Shown: piece by piece, positions 23,358 through 33,734 of the stretch
Numbering within the stretch: the stretch's first letter is position 1
Layout of the letters: every line of letters begins with the position of its first letter
The notes under the pieces: model-generated
What the model was told of the DNA's origin: nothing
What the model saw: only the letters and a program-made list of their open reading frames with translations
Database searches by the model: none
Position numbers and translations under genes: made by a program
Source of the DNA: Chiloscyllium plagiosum
Taxonomy: Eukaryota
DNA: 48,098 bases
Reading direction: 5' to 3'
Assembly: GCF_004010195.1 (NCBI RefSeq)
Contig: NC_057719.1
Location: 38,825,733 to 38,873,830 of the forward strand

Positions 23358-24247
23358 AGTCTCAAGCAATTTAAGTGTGCAATCTAAAAACAAGATGACC
23401 CAGCAGAATAAAACTTCAAAGATAGAGATTTGAGTGACTGGGGAGCATAGCAGGAAAACACATATTTCCTAAGCAGGGTTTGACTGATTTTGGTGGCATC
23501 AGCTCAGACCTTGTCTGCACCTTACTGCAATATCACTTTCCCTGAATACATGAGAAGAGTTTATTGTGCTTTTTGTTATAAGTTAAATTATTTTGTTACT
23601 TATTTCTTATCAGCATTTCATGGAGCTTTACTTTTTCCTAGCATTTAGCTAGATGCTAAAAAAAATGTTAAACATCTATTGAATGTCTGCATCAAAGATA
23701 ACACTGCTAATGGGCAACTTGATGTACGGAGCTAAGATCCTGTCAGTCTATTCTCTTTATCTTAATGATCCTTTGTTATTATTCAAATTTGACTTTGTGT
23801 ATTTAGTCAATTAAATCTATACAGCTAATTAAATTTATAGGGCTAATTATAACCTAATTCAATTTACAGGATTGTGAGCATTGCTAGTTTTAACCCCTGC
23901 TGCTTTTACCCTCCACTGAAGTCAAAGAAGAGTGGTATTAGACAGAGTGTAAAATCAATGATCCACCTGATCTTATTGATGCTGTGGCTGATGAGCCAAG
24001 TTAAAATGATCCCTTACTCAATTCTCAGCCAATCACATAATTAGAACCAAGTACACAAAAGTGATACTGATCCGTATATAGTACACTTCTGAATTCGGTC
24101 TTCATTGCAAAAGAAAACATGAGCAATTAAATGGATTTTTCCTTAAAATAAATATTAAAAATTATATTTACATCATTTGTAATAAATTGCAGCTTCATGT
24201 CTGAATCACTGTACGATATGGCCGCTAATAGTATTCTTAATTTTGGT

Positions 24248-24456
24248 AAAGTTAAAAATCACACAACACCAGGTTATAGTCCAACAGGTTTATTTGGAAG
24301 TACTAGCTTTCGGAGCTCTGCTACTTCATTAACCACCTGATGAAGGAACCGGGCTCTGAAAGCTAGTGCTTCCAAATAAATGTGTTGGACTATAACCTGG
24401 TGTTGTGTGATTTTTAACTTTGTACGCCCCAGTCCAACAACGACACCTCCAAATCA
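24248..24456. mobile_element. Palindromic (inverted-terminus) element of a second PLE family
   Basis: 24248-24330 is the reverse complement of ~24338-24421. TSD TAATTTTGGTAA (24238-24249) / TAATTTTGGCAA (24457-24468). A third partial copy lies at ~24692-24765. Confidence 0.85.
24334..24368 (+). ncRNA. Minimal hammerhead ribozyme motif (AGCU-palindrome type)
   Basis: CAC-CUGAUGA-AGGAACCGGGCUCU-GAAA-G-CUA^GUG. Stem I CAC/GUG; stem II slightly decayed. Confidence 0.6.
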
Positions 24457-24529
24457 TAATTTTGGCAATATTGCCATAAAATAAATGAAACTGTGCAGCT
24501 TCCTTGAGAATCTTTAACTTTAAGACAGA

Positions 24530-24675
24530 AATAGCTAGCTTTATTAGAAAGAAGATCAAGGGTTACAGATAGAAGGCAGAAGAATGGGATTGACAAACAT
24601 AGAAGCCATGATCAAATGGCAGAGCAGACATGATGGGCTGAATGGCCTAAATCTGCTCTTATATCTTATGGTTTT
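24530..24675 (+). mobile_element. CR1 3'UTR fragment
   Basis: ATCAAGGGTTAC...AGCCATGATCAAATGGCAGAGCAGAC..GATGGGCTGAATGGCCTAAATCTGCTCTTATATCTTATGG. Confidence 0.8.
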
Positions 24676-26335
24676 TAAGAGTTAACAGATTATTGGACTA
24701 TAACCTGGTGTCGTGTGATTTTTAACTTTGTCCATCCCAGTCCAACACTGGCATTTCCTCATCATGACATTTAGCCTGGCTGTTTAACCTATTGTGTGCA
24801 CCTTTGTTTGTTGTTGCTTTCATGGTGTTAGTATGAAATGGATGCATTCCAAAGTACCTTGTAGCCTCAGGCTTTTTTGCAGAAGCAATTCTTGAAACAC
24901 CTCTGCAATCACACTGAAGTCTTAGTGTTTTGCTGGTTTGATCTTCCACAGATCATTGTGGAGTGATATCAGCGATTCCACATTAATTTTTTTCTGATGC
25001 AAACAAATATGCCATATCACATCACTTATCTAGTTTGAATAACTTTGTGTGGGTACTTTTCAAAAATATATTTAAGACATTTATATTAAAGGACCCATTC
25101 CAACATTAACAAAATAAAATTTGAATTCACAACCATACATCACTTGATAAATAGAAAGATAGATTGTCTTGGTGGTTCATGAAGATTTTGTAGCAAAATT
25201 AAAATTAAACACATAATTATATTCAGTTGGCGTCATTTTGCAAGGACATCAGGAGACAGTAACATTGACAGAAAGCGCAGCTGTTAATTTGCAGGTGTAA
25301 ATTATTCCTGGCCTTTGGTAAAAAGATATTTTAAATTTATCATAGTGTGTGACAGAATCATTTGTGCAATTTGTTTAAATGCTTTCATGAAGATTTTCTT
25401 AAAGCTTTGCATATATAATAAAAGAGCTAAAATGTATGATTAACCAAACTAACATATTAAATCTAAATGCAAATCAGAAATAGGAGACATTGAATCATAT
25501 TAGAGAAACAAGTCTTGATGAGTTATATAGATCAGTTCTATATAAGATTAAATGTGAACCATGTTTATGCAGCAGGTACACAAAATAGCATTAGGCACAA
25601 TTAAAATTTGGAAATAGAAATAATATAATATTTTAAAGAATAAACATATTCATTATTGGACATACTTACAATAACTGTAGAGTTGTGAATATCAAATTTA
25701 TGCACTGCAACATGATTGAAATGGGCTTTTTATTTTTCAAGGCAATTTACAATCTTTTATGATATTTAGCGCTATTATTGAAATAAAGTTCAATGTATTG
25801 GTGTTAATTTAACAGGATGTTGAAATACCAGTATTTTAATACAAAAGTCAAGAAAGTTTAAATAGTTGTTTTCATGTGCCATTATTCACACCAAGTTAAA
25901 GGAATATTCTATTTCCTTTTATGCCAAAGTATTGTACCAAATAATATTCATCCTGTTGAGAAGCAAAATGTGTGAGCAAAATGCTACATCCTTCTTAAGA
26001 TGACAACATTTTGACACCAGGTGAAAGAAATTGTCAGAGGTCTGATCAGATGCAGTGAAGAAAGTATATTCTAATAAATTCATGGATAATTTGAGCTTCT
26101 CCTACCCATTTAACCTCCAAAAATAAATAGATTTATAAATTAACCTGTTCTATTCCAAGAGATAGGTCTTTGGCTCATTTTCTGTGAATGCTTCGTCAGA
26201 ACAGTTTTTTTGGGAGCTTGTATTTTACCATTGCCTTTCCCTTTTCAGAGCAGTGTGGAATCGGGTCCGAAATCTACCTCAGCCTGAGTGGAATTTGAAC
26301 CCATGTTGCTGCCATTGATCTGAAATGTATGCTAG

Positions 26336-26459
26336 TGAAGTAACTGCACAGAAGCCTGTCACCAAATCACCCTTTACTTACATGTTCACAGTACATGGGC
26401 TCTGACATCAGCTCAAAGCCAGTCCATAGACTGAGGAGACCTTCTGAATCTCCTGTTTA
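26336..26459 (-). mobile_element. Partial Gypsy LTR (3' half) related to the LTRs at 8483 and 13483
   Basis: Minus strand ATAAACAGGAGATTCAGA...CATGTAAGTAAAGGGTGATTTGGTGACAGG..TCTGTGCAGTTACTTCA matches CATGTGTATATAAAGGGTGACTTGGTGACAGG..AGTTATTTCA (13664-13715). Confidence 0.75.
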
Positions 26460-27310
26460 TTTTTTTTTCTTTTTACAGCAGAAGCAGGTCCAGGTCTTAA
26501 TTTGGGTGAGCAGCAGTGGAGGCAGGCTCCAGGCAGCAAACAGCAAATGTCCCAGGTATGGATGGGGTCCAGACAGCAGCTGTGGAGACAGGCCTCAGGC
26601 AGGTGCAGCAGTTGAAACGGGCCCCCAGCACTAGGGTAGTGTTCAGCTGTGGGCCGGGCCCAGGCTGCAGCAGTAGAAGCAGGCCCAGGCAATCTCCTGT
26701 TTATTTTTTTTTATTAAACAATTCACAGTTTACAAAACAATTAACAATAACAGCTGTATACAGAGAAACAGCAATTTTACAAGGGAGAGGAGCAGCAAAG
26801 CCAGGCTCCAAATCCTACCATTCACCCTGTTTTCAGGGAAATGAAGTCAAACCTCAAATCCCAGTTTCAATCATTACAAAACAATAACAATGACATTTTG
26901 TACATACAAGACAGTCCAATTACATAAAAACAGTGCATACAATACAGACCCCCAGAAATTGAGAAGCGTCCCACATTCCGGCCACTCTAAGGTAGCCTGC
27001 CCCACACACCTTCCAGCTCTCGGTCCACCCCATGCCATATCTCCTGGTTTTTTTCCTAATAGAAGCCCTGATGCTTCTGTTTATTTTTTTTCCATGTTGT
27101 GTGTGTGCAGGTGTGAGACACAGTGAAAGACACAAGGTGTACAAATCTTTATTCAATTCCATCACCAGGAGGATCTCCTTTTATTTTTTGTTTTGGTTTG
27201 GTTTTTTTCTTCTTTTTTGGATCTCCTGTTTTTTTTTTTGCGTGGAGAATCCTGGAGTCTCCTGATTTTTTTTGTTTTTTCTTTTTTGGATCTCCTATTT
27301 ATTTTTTGTC
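26448..27310 (-). repeat. Array of eight ATCTCCTGTTTA+poly(T) units separating heterogeneous retroposed inserts
   Basis: Units at 26448, 26692, 27039, 27071, 27173, 27221, 27257 and 27290, each followed immediately by a T run (poly(A) on the minus strand). Confidence 0.8.
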
Positions 27311-27332
27311 TTTTTTTTCTTTTGTTCCCCCA

Positions 27333-27356
27333 CACTACCGCCTAACTGCGGTAGTG
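27333..27356 (-). other. 3'-terminal stem-loop of Tx1 element
   Basis: CACTACCGC-ctaact-GCGGTAGTG, a perfect 9-bp stem just before the A-rich tail. Confidence 0.6.
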
Positions 27357-27550
27357 CTTATTTTTTCCCCAGCACCCATGGTGTGTGTGTGCAGGTGTGA
27401 GACACAGTGAAAGACACAAAGTGCACCACTCTTTATTCAATTTCCACCACCAGGAATATAGGAAAACACCCGGGTGGCCAGTGACAAACACTGCCCTTCG
27501 CATCAAAGGGCAGTGCTGTGTGATCAAAACAGTGAAGGGGTGGGTGGGGA

Positions 27551-29785
27551 CTAAATCAAAATAGAGTTGGAGGGAGAAATGATGCACTCCACTCCCTGCG
27601 GCGCTCACCTCTCCCTGAACAACTCCAGGGTGTTGGTCGACGCCGCGTGCTCCTTCTCCAAGGACACCCGGGCTCTAACGTAACCGCGGAAGAGGGGCAG
27701 GCAGTCGGCCCTAACGACCCCCTCCACGGCCCGCTGCCTGGACCTGTTGATGGCCAGTTTGGCCAGGCCCAGGAGCAGACCCACGAGGAGGTCTTCAAAC
27801 CTGCCCTCCCTCCTCCGTACTGAGTGCCCGAAGATCAGGAGCGTGAGACTGAAGTGCAGCCAAAAACAGAGGAGAAGGTTTTTGAGAAAATCAAAAAGGG
27901 AGTGTAAATGCCCACACCCAATATACATGTGGTCCACGGACTCCACAGCGCCACAGAACAAGCAGTTGGGCTGGGAGTCCATGAACCACCGCAATCTGCG
28001 GTTGCAGGGGACTGCTGCGTGCAGCACACTCCACCCCAGATCCCCGAGGGAAAGGGGAAGGACTCCCGCGTGGATGTTGTCGTGTATCCTCCGGCCCAGT
28101 ACCATGTAGGACTGGCCCAGGTGAATCATGTGGGCCAGCACGGAAGCCAGGCGAGAAGACAACACCCTGGTGAAGATTTTGTAGTCCGTACTGAGGAGGG
28201 AGGCCGGACGCCAGTTCTTCAAAGAACGAAGGTCCCCCTTCTTTGGCAGCAGGAGGATGACTGCCCTGCGCCAAGAAAGGGGCAGCTCTCTGGCATTTAG
28301 ACACTCCACCAGGACCTGTGCGTAGTTGCTCCCCAGGACGTCCCAGAACGCCCTGAAGAACTCCACAGTCAGCCCGTCCAGCCCCGGAGTTTTGCCCCTT
28401 GAGAGCCGGTCGAGGGCGCCGGTCAGCTCCTCTAAGGTGACGGGAGCGTCGAGCCTTCCGGCGTCCTCCGGGCCGAGCTTCGGCAGGTCCTCCCACAGAA
28501 CTCTGCGAGCATCCTCGCTGGATGGATCCAGAGAGAACAGAGCCGTGTAATAGTTTCGGACGTGGGCCCTGATCCCCTCCGGACCCGAGATGAGGGACCC
28601 GTCGTCGGCCAGCAGCACAAGGAGCTGCTGACGGGTGCCACGCCTTTTTTCCAGCGAGTAGAAGAAGGGGGAGCTGCGGTCCAGGTCCTGGAGGAGCTGG
28701 ATCCGCGACCTCACCTATGTGCCCCGAGCCCCGACGAGCTGCAGGTCCCGGAGCGCGGCCTTCTTCTCTTCGTACGCCCCGCGCAGGGCTGGGTCCACAT
28801 CGGGCTGACCGAGGCGTGACTCCAGGTCGAGCATCTCCCTCTCCAACACCCCGATCCTGGATTTCCACCTCTTCATCGACCCCCTTGCGTACTCCTGACA
28901 GAAGACGCGGACGTGAGCCTTGCCCACGTCCCACTATAGCCTCAGGGAGGGGAAGCTTCCCCCGCTTCCTTCTCCAGCTGGCCCAGAAATGAAGAAACGA
29001 GTCCTGGAACCCCTCGTCCTCCAGCAGCAGGTTGTTAAAGTGCCAGTACGCGGAGCCGAGCCTGGCGCCGAACAAAGGAGTTCCGCCCACACCAGGTGAT
29101 GGTCCGTGCACGACACCTGCTGCGTGGAGGCCTTCGGAAAACAGGTGGCGTACGCCCGTGAAACGTACAGGTGGTCGATTCTGGACGCTCTGAGCCCAGG
29201 CCTCACGAAGGTGAAGGCGATGGAGTCGGGATGGAGATTCCGCCAGACGTCCACCAGGTCAAAGGACTTGACCAAGTCCTCCAACCTCCTCCCCGACACC
29301 CAACCGGTGTGGGCACCACCATGGTCCCTGCCCTCGAGGACGCAGTTAAAATCTCCCCGGAGGACAACGCACTGGTTCTCGTCGATGGAGGCGAGATGAG
29401 CGGACACTTCTCCGAAGAAGCTCGCTTGCCTCTGCCCGGCCGGTGGGAGCGTAGACGTTCACCAAGTGAAGCACCGTGCCCCCCAGCCGAACCATCAGGT
29501 GAAGCAAACGGCCTGACATGGGCTCCCTGACCCCCAAGATCTCTGGCTGAAAATGCTGGGCCAGCAAGATAGCCACCCCGCCAGATCTGCGGGTGAGGTG
29601 ACTCATGTAGACCCCCCTCCGCCTCGCTACTCGAGGAGCCAGGTGGCTTCATCTCCTGGGGTAGTGTGGGTTTCTTGCAGGAAGCACACCACATACTTCC
29701 CGTCCCGAAGGACCGAGAGGCTCTGGAATCTGCGCTGTGACTCCCTGCTGCCGTTGATGTTGAGGCTGGCTATAGTTGTCTCCAT
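27551..29785 (-). pseudogene. Tx1 ORF2 (APE endonuclease-RT-CCHC), frameshifted, RT core deleted at ~28070
   Basis: METTIASLNING..FLQETH; SGGVAIL; NVYAP; GDFNC; SRIDHLY; TDH; KTPGLDGLTVEFF; LLPKKGDLRSLKNWRPASLLSTDYKI; RIHDNIH joined directly to AGVLP; CLFCGAVESVDHMYIGC. Confidence 0.92.
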
Positions 29786-30859
29786 GTCAGAAGCATTGTG
29801 CAACCACCACCAGTACAGTTAAAAAAACCAAATACATTTACTGGGAGGATGAGGGAGGGGCACAGAAGTCCCTCGCCCTCACCAGAAGTGCCACTTGGGA
29901 GGCTGCATGAGTGCCAGGCCATGTACTCGGCAGTGGTCTTCCGCCAGGATCAACTGGGCCAAATGTTCCGGACTACTGGTCAGTCCGTGGCGGGTGGACT
30001 CTCTGCCGGAGGAGTTACGGGGGTTCAGCTGGAGTACCACCCATCTCCTCTACCTGGGGGTCTACCTCAGCCCGGCTGAGGAATCCTGGCCGGCCCACTG
30101 GCAGGAGCTGGAGGCCAAAGCCTCGGCTCGCCTAGGCCGCTGGTCAGGACTGCTCCCAGTGCTATCTTACAGGAGTCGAGTGCTGGTCATAAACCAGCTG
30201 GTGGCCGCCATGCTGTGGTACCGGCTGGTCACTTTGGTCCCTACTCCTGGCTTTGTCGCTGACATCCAGAGAACGTTGGTCGATTTCTTCTGGGACAAAA
30301 AGATGCACTGGGTCACCGCGCAGGTTCTGAGTCTCCCTATTGAGGAGGGCGGTCAGTCGCTGGTGTGCGTCCGCACCCAGGTCGCGACGTTCCGTCTTCA
30401 GACCTTGTGGCGATACCTTTACGTCGAGCCTCCTCCTAGGTGGTGTGCCCTGGCAACCTATTTTTTCCGCCAGGTGCGTAACCTCAACTACGACACGCAG
30501 CTCCTGTTCGTCAACCGTGTCGGTTTGGAGGTCGCCCTCAAGACGTTGCCTGTCTTTTACCAGGACCTGATCACTGTCTGGAACATGGTCGAATCGCGTC
30601 GCGCCTACCCTCCGGCTGGAGTAGTGGCTGTCGTCAGGGAGCCGTTGCTCAGGAATCTGCACCTCCGTACTCGCGGGTTCGAGTGGCTGTCGGAGGGGAG
30701 GGCCGCGGCGGCGAGGGTGACCAGGGTCGGGGACGTGCTGGGTGCCGGGGGCCTGGGCTGGACGCTGCCGCAGGACATAGCAGGCAGGGCAGCGGTAGAC
30801 GTCCAGTACGTGGCCACCGCCATCCGACGCCTCAAAACGGCGGTGCTCGGACCCGACGT

Positions 30860-30968
30860 ACCAGGATTCCCTTAGTAGCTGCGAGTGAACAGGGAAAAGC
30901 CCAGCGCCGAATCCCCGCTCACCTGACGGGCGAGGGAAATGTGGCGTATAGAAGCGCTTTCTCTGACG
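30860..30968 (+). rRNA. 28S rRNA 5'-region fragment (dispersed, non-functional copy), truncated by assembly gap
   Basis: ACCAGGATTCCCTTAGTAGCTGCGAGTGAACAGGGAAAAGCCCAGCGCCGAATCCCCGC...GGGAAATGTGGCGTA matches the conserved vertebrate 28S segment ACCAGGATTCCCTCAGTAACGGCGAGTGAACAGGGAAGAGCCCAGCGCCGAATCCCCGC...ATGTGGCGTA. Confidence 0.88.
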
Positions 30969-31262
30969 NNNNNNNNNNNNNNNNNNNNNNNNNNNNNNNN
31001 NNNNNNNNNNNNNNNNNNNNNNNNNNNNNNNNNNNNNNNNNNNNNNNNNNNNNNNNNNNNNNNNNNNNNNNNNNNNNNNNNNNNNNNNNNNNNNNNNNNN
31101 NNNNNNNNNNNNNNNNNNNNNNNNNNNNNNNNNNNNNNNNNNNNNNNNNNNNNNNNNNNNNNNNNNNNNNNNNNNNNNNNNNNNNNNNNNNNNNNNNNNN
31201 NNNNNNNNNNNNNNNNNNNNNNNNNNNNNNNNNNNNNNNNNNNNNNNNNNNNNNNNNNNNNN
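30969..31262. other. Assembly gap (N run)
   Basis: Run of N. Confidence 1.
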
Positions 31263-32162
31263 GGCCTGGCCAAACTGGCCATTAACAGGTCCAGGCAGCG
31301 GGCCGTGGAGGGGGTCGTTAGGGCCGACTGCCTGCCCCTCTTCCGCGGTTACATTAGGGCCCGGGTGTCCTTGGAGAAGGAGCACGCGGTGTCGACCAAC
31401 TCCCTGGAGTTGTTCAGGGAGAGATGGGCGCCGCAGGGAGTGGAGTGCATTATTTCTCCCTCCAACTCTATTTTGATTTAGTCCCTACCCTTCCCCTCAC
31501 TGTTTTGATCACACAGCACTGCCCTTTGATGTCACTGGCCACCCGGGTGTTTTCCTATCTTCCTGGTGGTGGAACTTGAATAAAGATTCATGCACTTTGT
31601 GTCTCTCACTGTGTCTCATACCTGCACACACACACACCATGGGTGCTCGAAGAGAAGAGCCTACAGTGCCTCTTGACTGTCCTACCCAAACCCCCAGGGG
31701 CTACAGCAGGGCCTCCTGCTGCCTCGATTCCTCCCCGATCCTGGATTTCCGCCTCTTCGTCGACCCCCTCGCGTACTCCTGACAGAAGACGCGGACGTGA
31801 GCCTTGCCCACGTCCCACCATAGCCTCAGGGAGGGGAAGCTTCCCCGCTTCCTTCTCCAGCCGGCCCAGAAATGACGAAACGAGTCTCGGAACCCCTCGT
31901 CCTCCAGCAGCAGGTTGTTAAAGATCCAGTACGTGGAGCCGAGCCTGGCGTCGAACGGAAAGAGTTCTGCACACACCAGGTGATGGTCCGCGCACGACAC
32001 CTGCCGTGTGGAGGCCCTCGGTAAACAGGAGGCGTACGCCCGCGAAACGTACAGGTGGTCAATTCTGGACGCTCCGACCCCAGGCCTCACAAAGGTGAAG
32101 ACGATGGAGTCGGGATGGAGATTCCGCCAGACGTCCACCAGGTTGAAGGACTTGACCAAGTC

Positions 32163-33194
32163 TTGTTGCAGCCCCAGGGGCTTCTGCATCGGGGTAGGGG
32201 GTGGATGTGGGGTCAGTGGGGCCAGGATCAGGTACTAGTTTGGGGGTCAGGGTTTCCGCGCTGGGGCGACACTGGCACGGCCACAGAGGCATTGTCGTGC
32301 CGGGGCGGGGCAGGTCGTGGGCTAGGTGTTGAGGACAGAGATAGGGTGGTCTCCCTGTGGGCGGGCCTGACGCGCCGCGTCTTCCTGAGCGCCTTCTGGC
32401 CGGTCGGACGCTCACCCCACTCCCCGCCAGAGGCTGGAACATTGGAAGCCTCCGGCTTAGCCCCCGGTGCTGGGGCTTGTGGTGTTGACTTCAGGGGAGG
32501 GGGAGTGGGTGCAGTGGCGCCACCCTCAGCCGTTGGTGTGGGCTGGCCAGCCTTCTGTGTGGGGCAGTCTTTTCTAATGTGCCCCACCTCGCGGCACAGG
32601 TGGCACCGCACGCCATCCAGAAGGCGCAGTAGGCCGCGCCTCGTGGAGGAGGGTGAAAGAGCCCTCGGTGACCTCCTCCAGGGCCAGGCAAATGAACACC
32701 TGGCGTCGGAAGGAGTATACGTGTCGGAGGACGGGGTCCTTAAGACTGAGCAGGAGCGGTTGGACACCCGACTGGATCTCCCCCAGGTTGGTGAGGTGGG
32801 GGAGAAGGTGCTCGCTGGCAATGAAGGGCGGGACGTTGGAGATCACGACCCTCTGGGCCGTAACCTCCAGAGGGTCGATGGGCAGATGTGTCCTGCCCAC
32901 AGTGAGCCCCCTCTCCACGGCCAGGTGGACCGCCTGCTCGGTCCTCAGCAAAAAGACGGCCTTCTCGTACATCCGGGCCGCGGCGACGATGGCCAGTGGG
33001 CCGACCACACTAGCCATGGCCTAGCTGCAGGCCTCGATGGTCATATTGGGGTGGGGATAGGCCTTGACCCCTAGGCGTTTAGTTAGGTGCCTGAAGGGGG
33101 TTGCGGTTGCGGCCGGGGATGGGACAGCCGAGCCTGAGGCAGCGGCTACCCCGGCATAGGTGCGGCTGGGCCCTGCGACCTTTGGGCTCGCCAT
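32163..33194 (-). pseudogene. Tx1 ORF1 (gag-like nucleic-acid-binding protein with CCHC knuckle)
   Basis: MASPKVAG..AIVAAARMYEKAVF..GLTV..PLEVTAQRVVISNVPPFI..RHVYSFRRQVF; CHLCREVGHIRKDC (CX2CX4HX4C). In-frame TAG at 33021-33023 and a frameshift. Confidence 0.88.
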
Positions 33195-33658
33195 ACTCTG
33201 CTGCTGGATGTTGGTAGGCCCCAGGTAGCAGCAGTGGAGGTGTGGCAATGAAGGGCGGGACGTTGGAGATCACGACCCTCTGGGCCGTAACCTCCAGAGG
33301 GTCGACGGGCAAATGTGTCCCGCCCACAGCGAGCCCCCTCTCCACGGCCAGGTGGACCGCCTGCTCGGTCCTCAGGAAAAAGACGGCCTTCTCGTACATC
33401 CGGGCCGCGGCGACGATGGCCAGTGGGCCGACCACACTAGCCATGGCCTTGCTGCAGGCCTCGATGGTCATATAGGGGTGGGGATAGGCCTTGACCCCTA
33501 GGCGTTTAGTTAGGTGCCTGAAGGGGGTTGCGGTTGCGGCCGGGGATGGGACAGCCGAGCCTGAGGCAGCGGCTACCCCGGCATGGGCCCTGCGACCTTT
33601 GGGCTCGCCATACTCTGCTGCTGGATGTTGGTAGGCCCCAGGTAGCAGCAGTGGAGGT
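32815..33658 (-). repeat. ~425-bp tandem duplication of Tx1 5'UTR/ORF1 start
   Basis: 32815-33241 vs 33243-33658, with a few substitutions and a 10-bp indel. Confidence 0.9.
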
Positions 33659-33734
33659 GGGCCTCTGGCAGCAGCAGTGGCGGAAGTCCTCGGGAGGTAC
33701 CCAAGGCGAGTCCCAGGCAGCAATGGTGGAGACC

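Larger units (their letters stand above)
27300..29895 (-). mobile_element. Tx1-clade (L1 group) non-LTR retrotransposon, copy A
   Basis: ORF2 from ATG 29785 to TAG 27551. 3'UTR with AATAAA (27432-27437), terminal stem-loop and A-rich tail. High GC. Confidence 0.92.
29895..31647 (+). mobile_element. Tx1 copy B (inverted): RT thumb/C-terminal ORF2 region and 3'UTR, interrupted by a 28S fragment and a gap
   Basis: SSARINWAKCSGL..LLYLGVYL..LSYRSRVLVINQLVAAMLWY..LPIEEGG. After the gap GLAKLAINRSRQ..SNSILI* (31481) and a 3'UTR that is the inverted repeat of ~27372-27770. Confidence 0.9.

Noticed and set aside
24840..25050. Candidate exon(s) with good-looking splice signals on either strand
   Set aside because: All frames following the apparent acceptors hit stop codons within ~25 codons, and no recognisable peptide.
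26448..27310. CRISPR array interpretation of the repeat-spacer pattern
   Set aside because: Eukaryotic context, no cas genes, 12-nt repeats followed by poly(T), and spacers from ~10 to 325 bp. TSD-plus-poly(A) retroposition explains it better.
30860..30968. Functional rDNA unit or R1/R2-type insertion into rDNA
   Set aside because: Only ~109 nt of 28S, with no ITS2, 5.8S or the first ~65 nt of 28S upstream. The position is far from known R1/R2 sites and the flanks are Tx1.
30162..31481. ORFs of 136-407 aa spanning the first gap (and 44902..45789, 44921..45613 at the second gap)
   Set aside because: Lengths are inflated by N runs translated as X.
27747..33074. Long alternative-frame or antisense ORFs (e.g. 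27891..29111 -, 32055..33074 +, 27908..28300 +)
   Set aside because: Shadow ORFs of GC-rich Tx1 sequence; only short stretches are in the true ORF1/ORF2 frame because of frameshifts.
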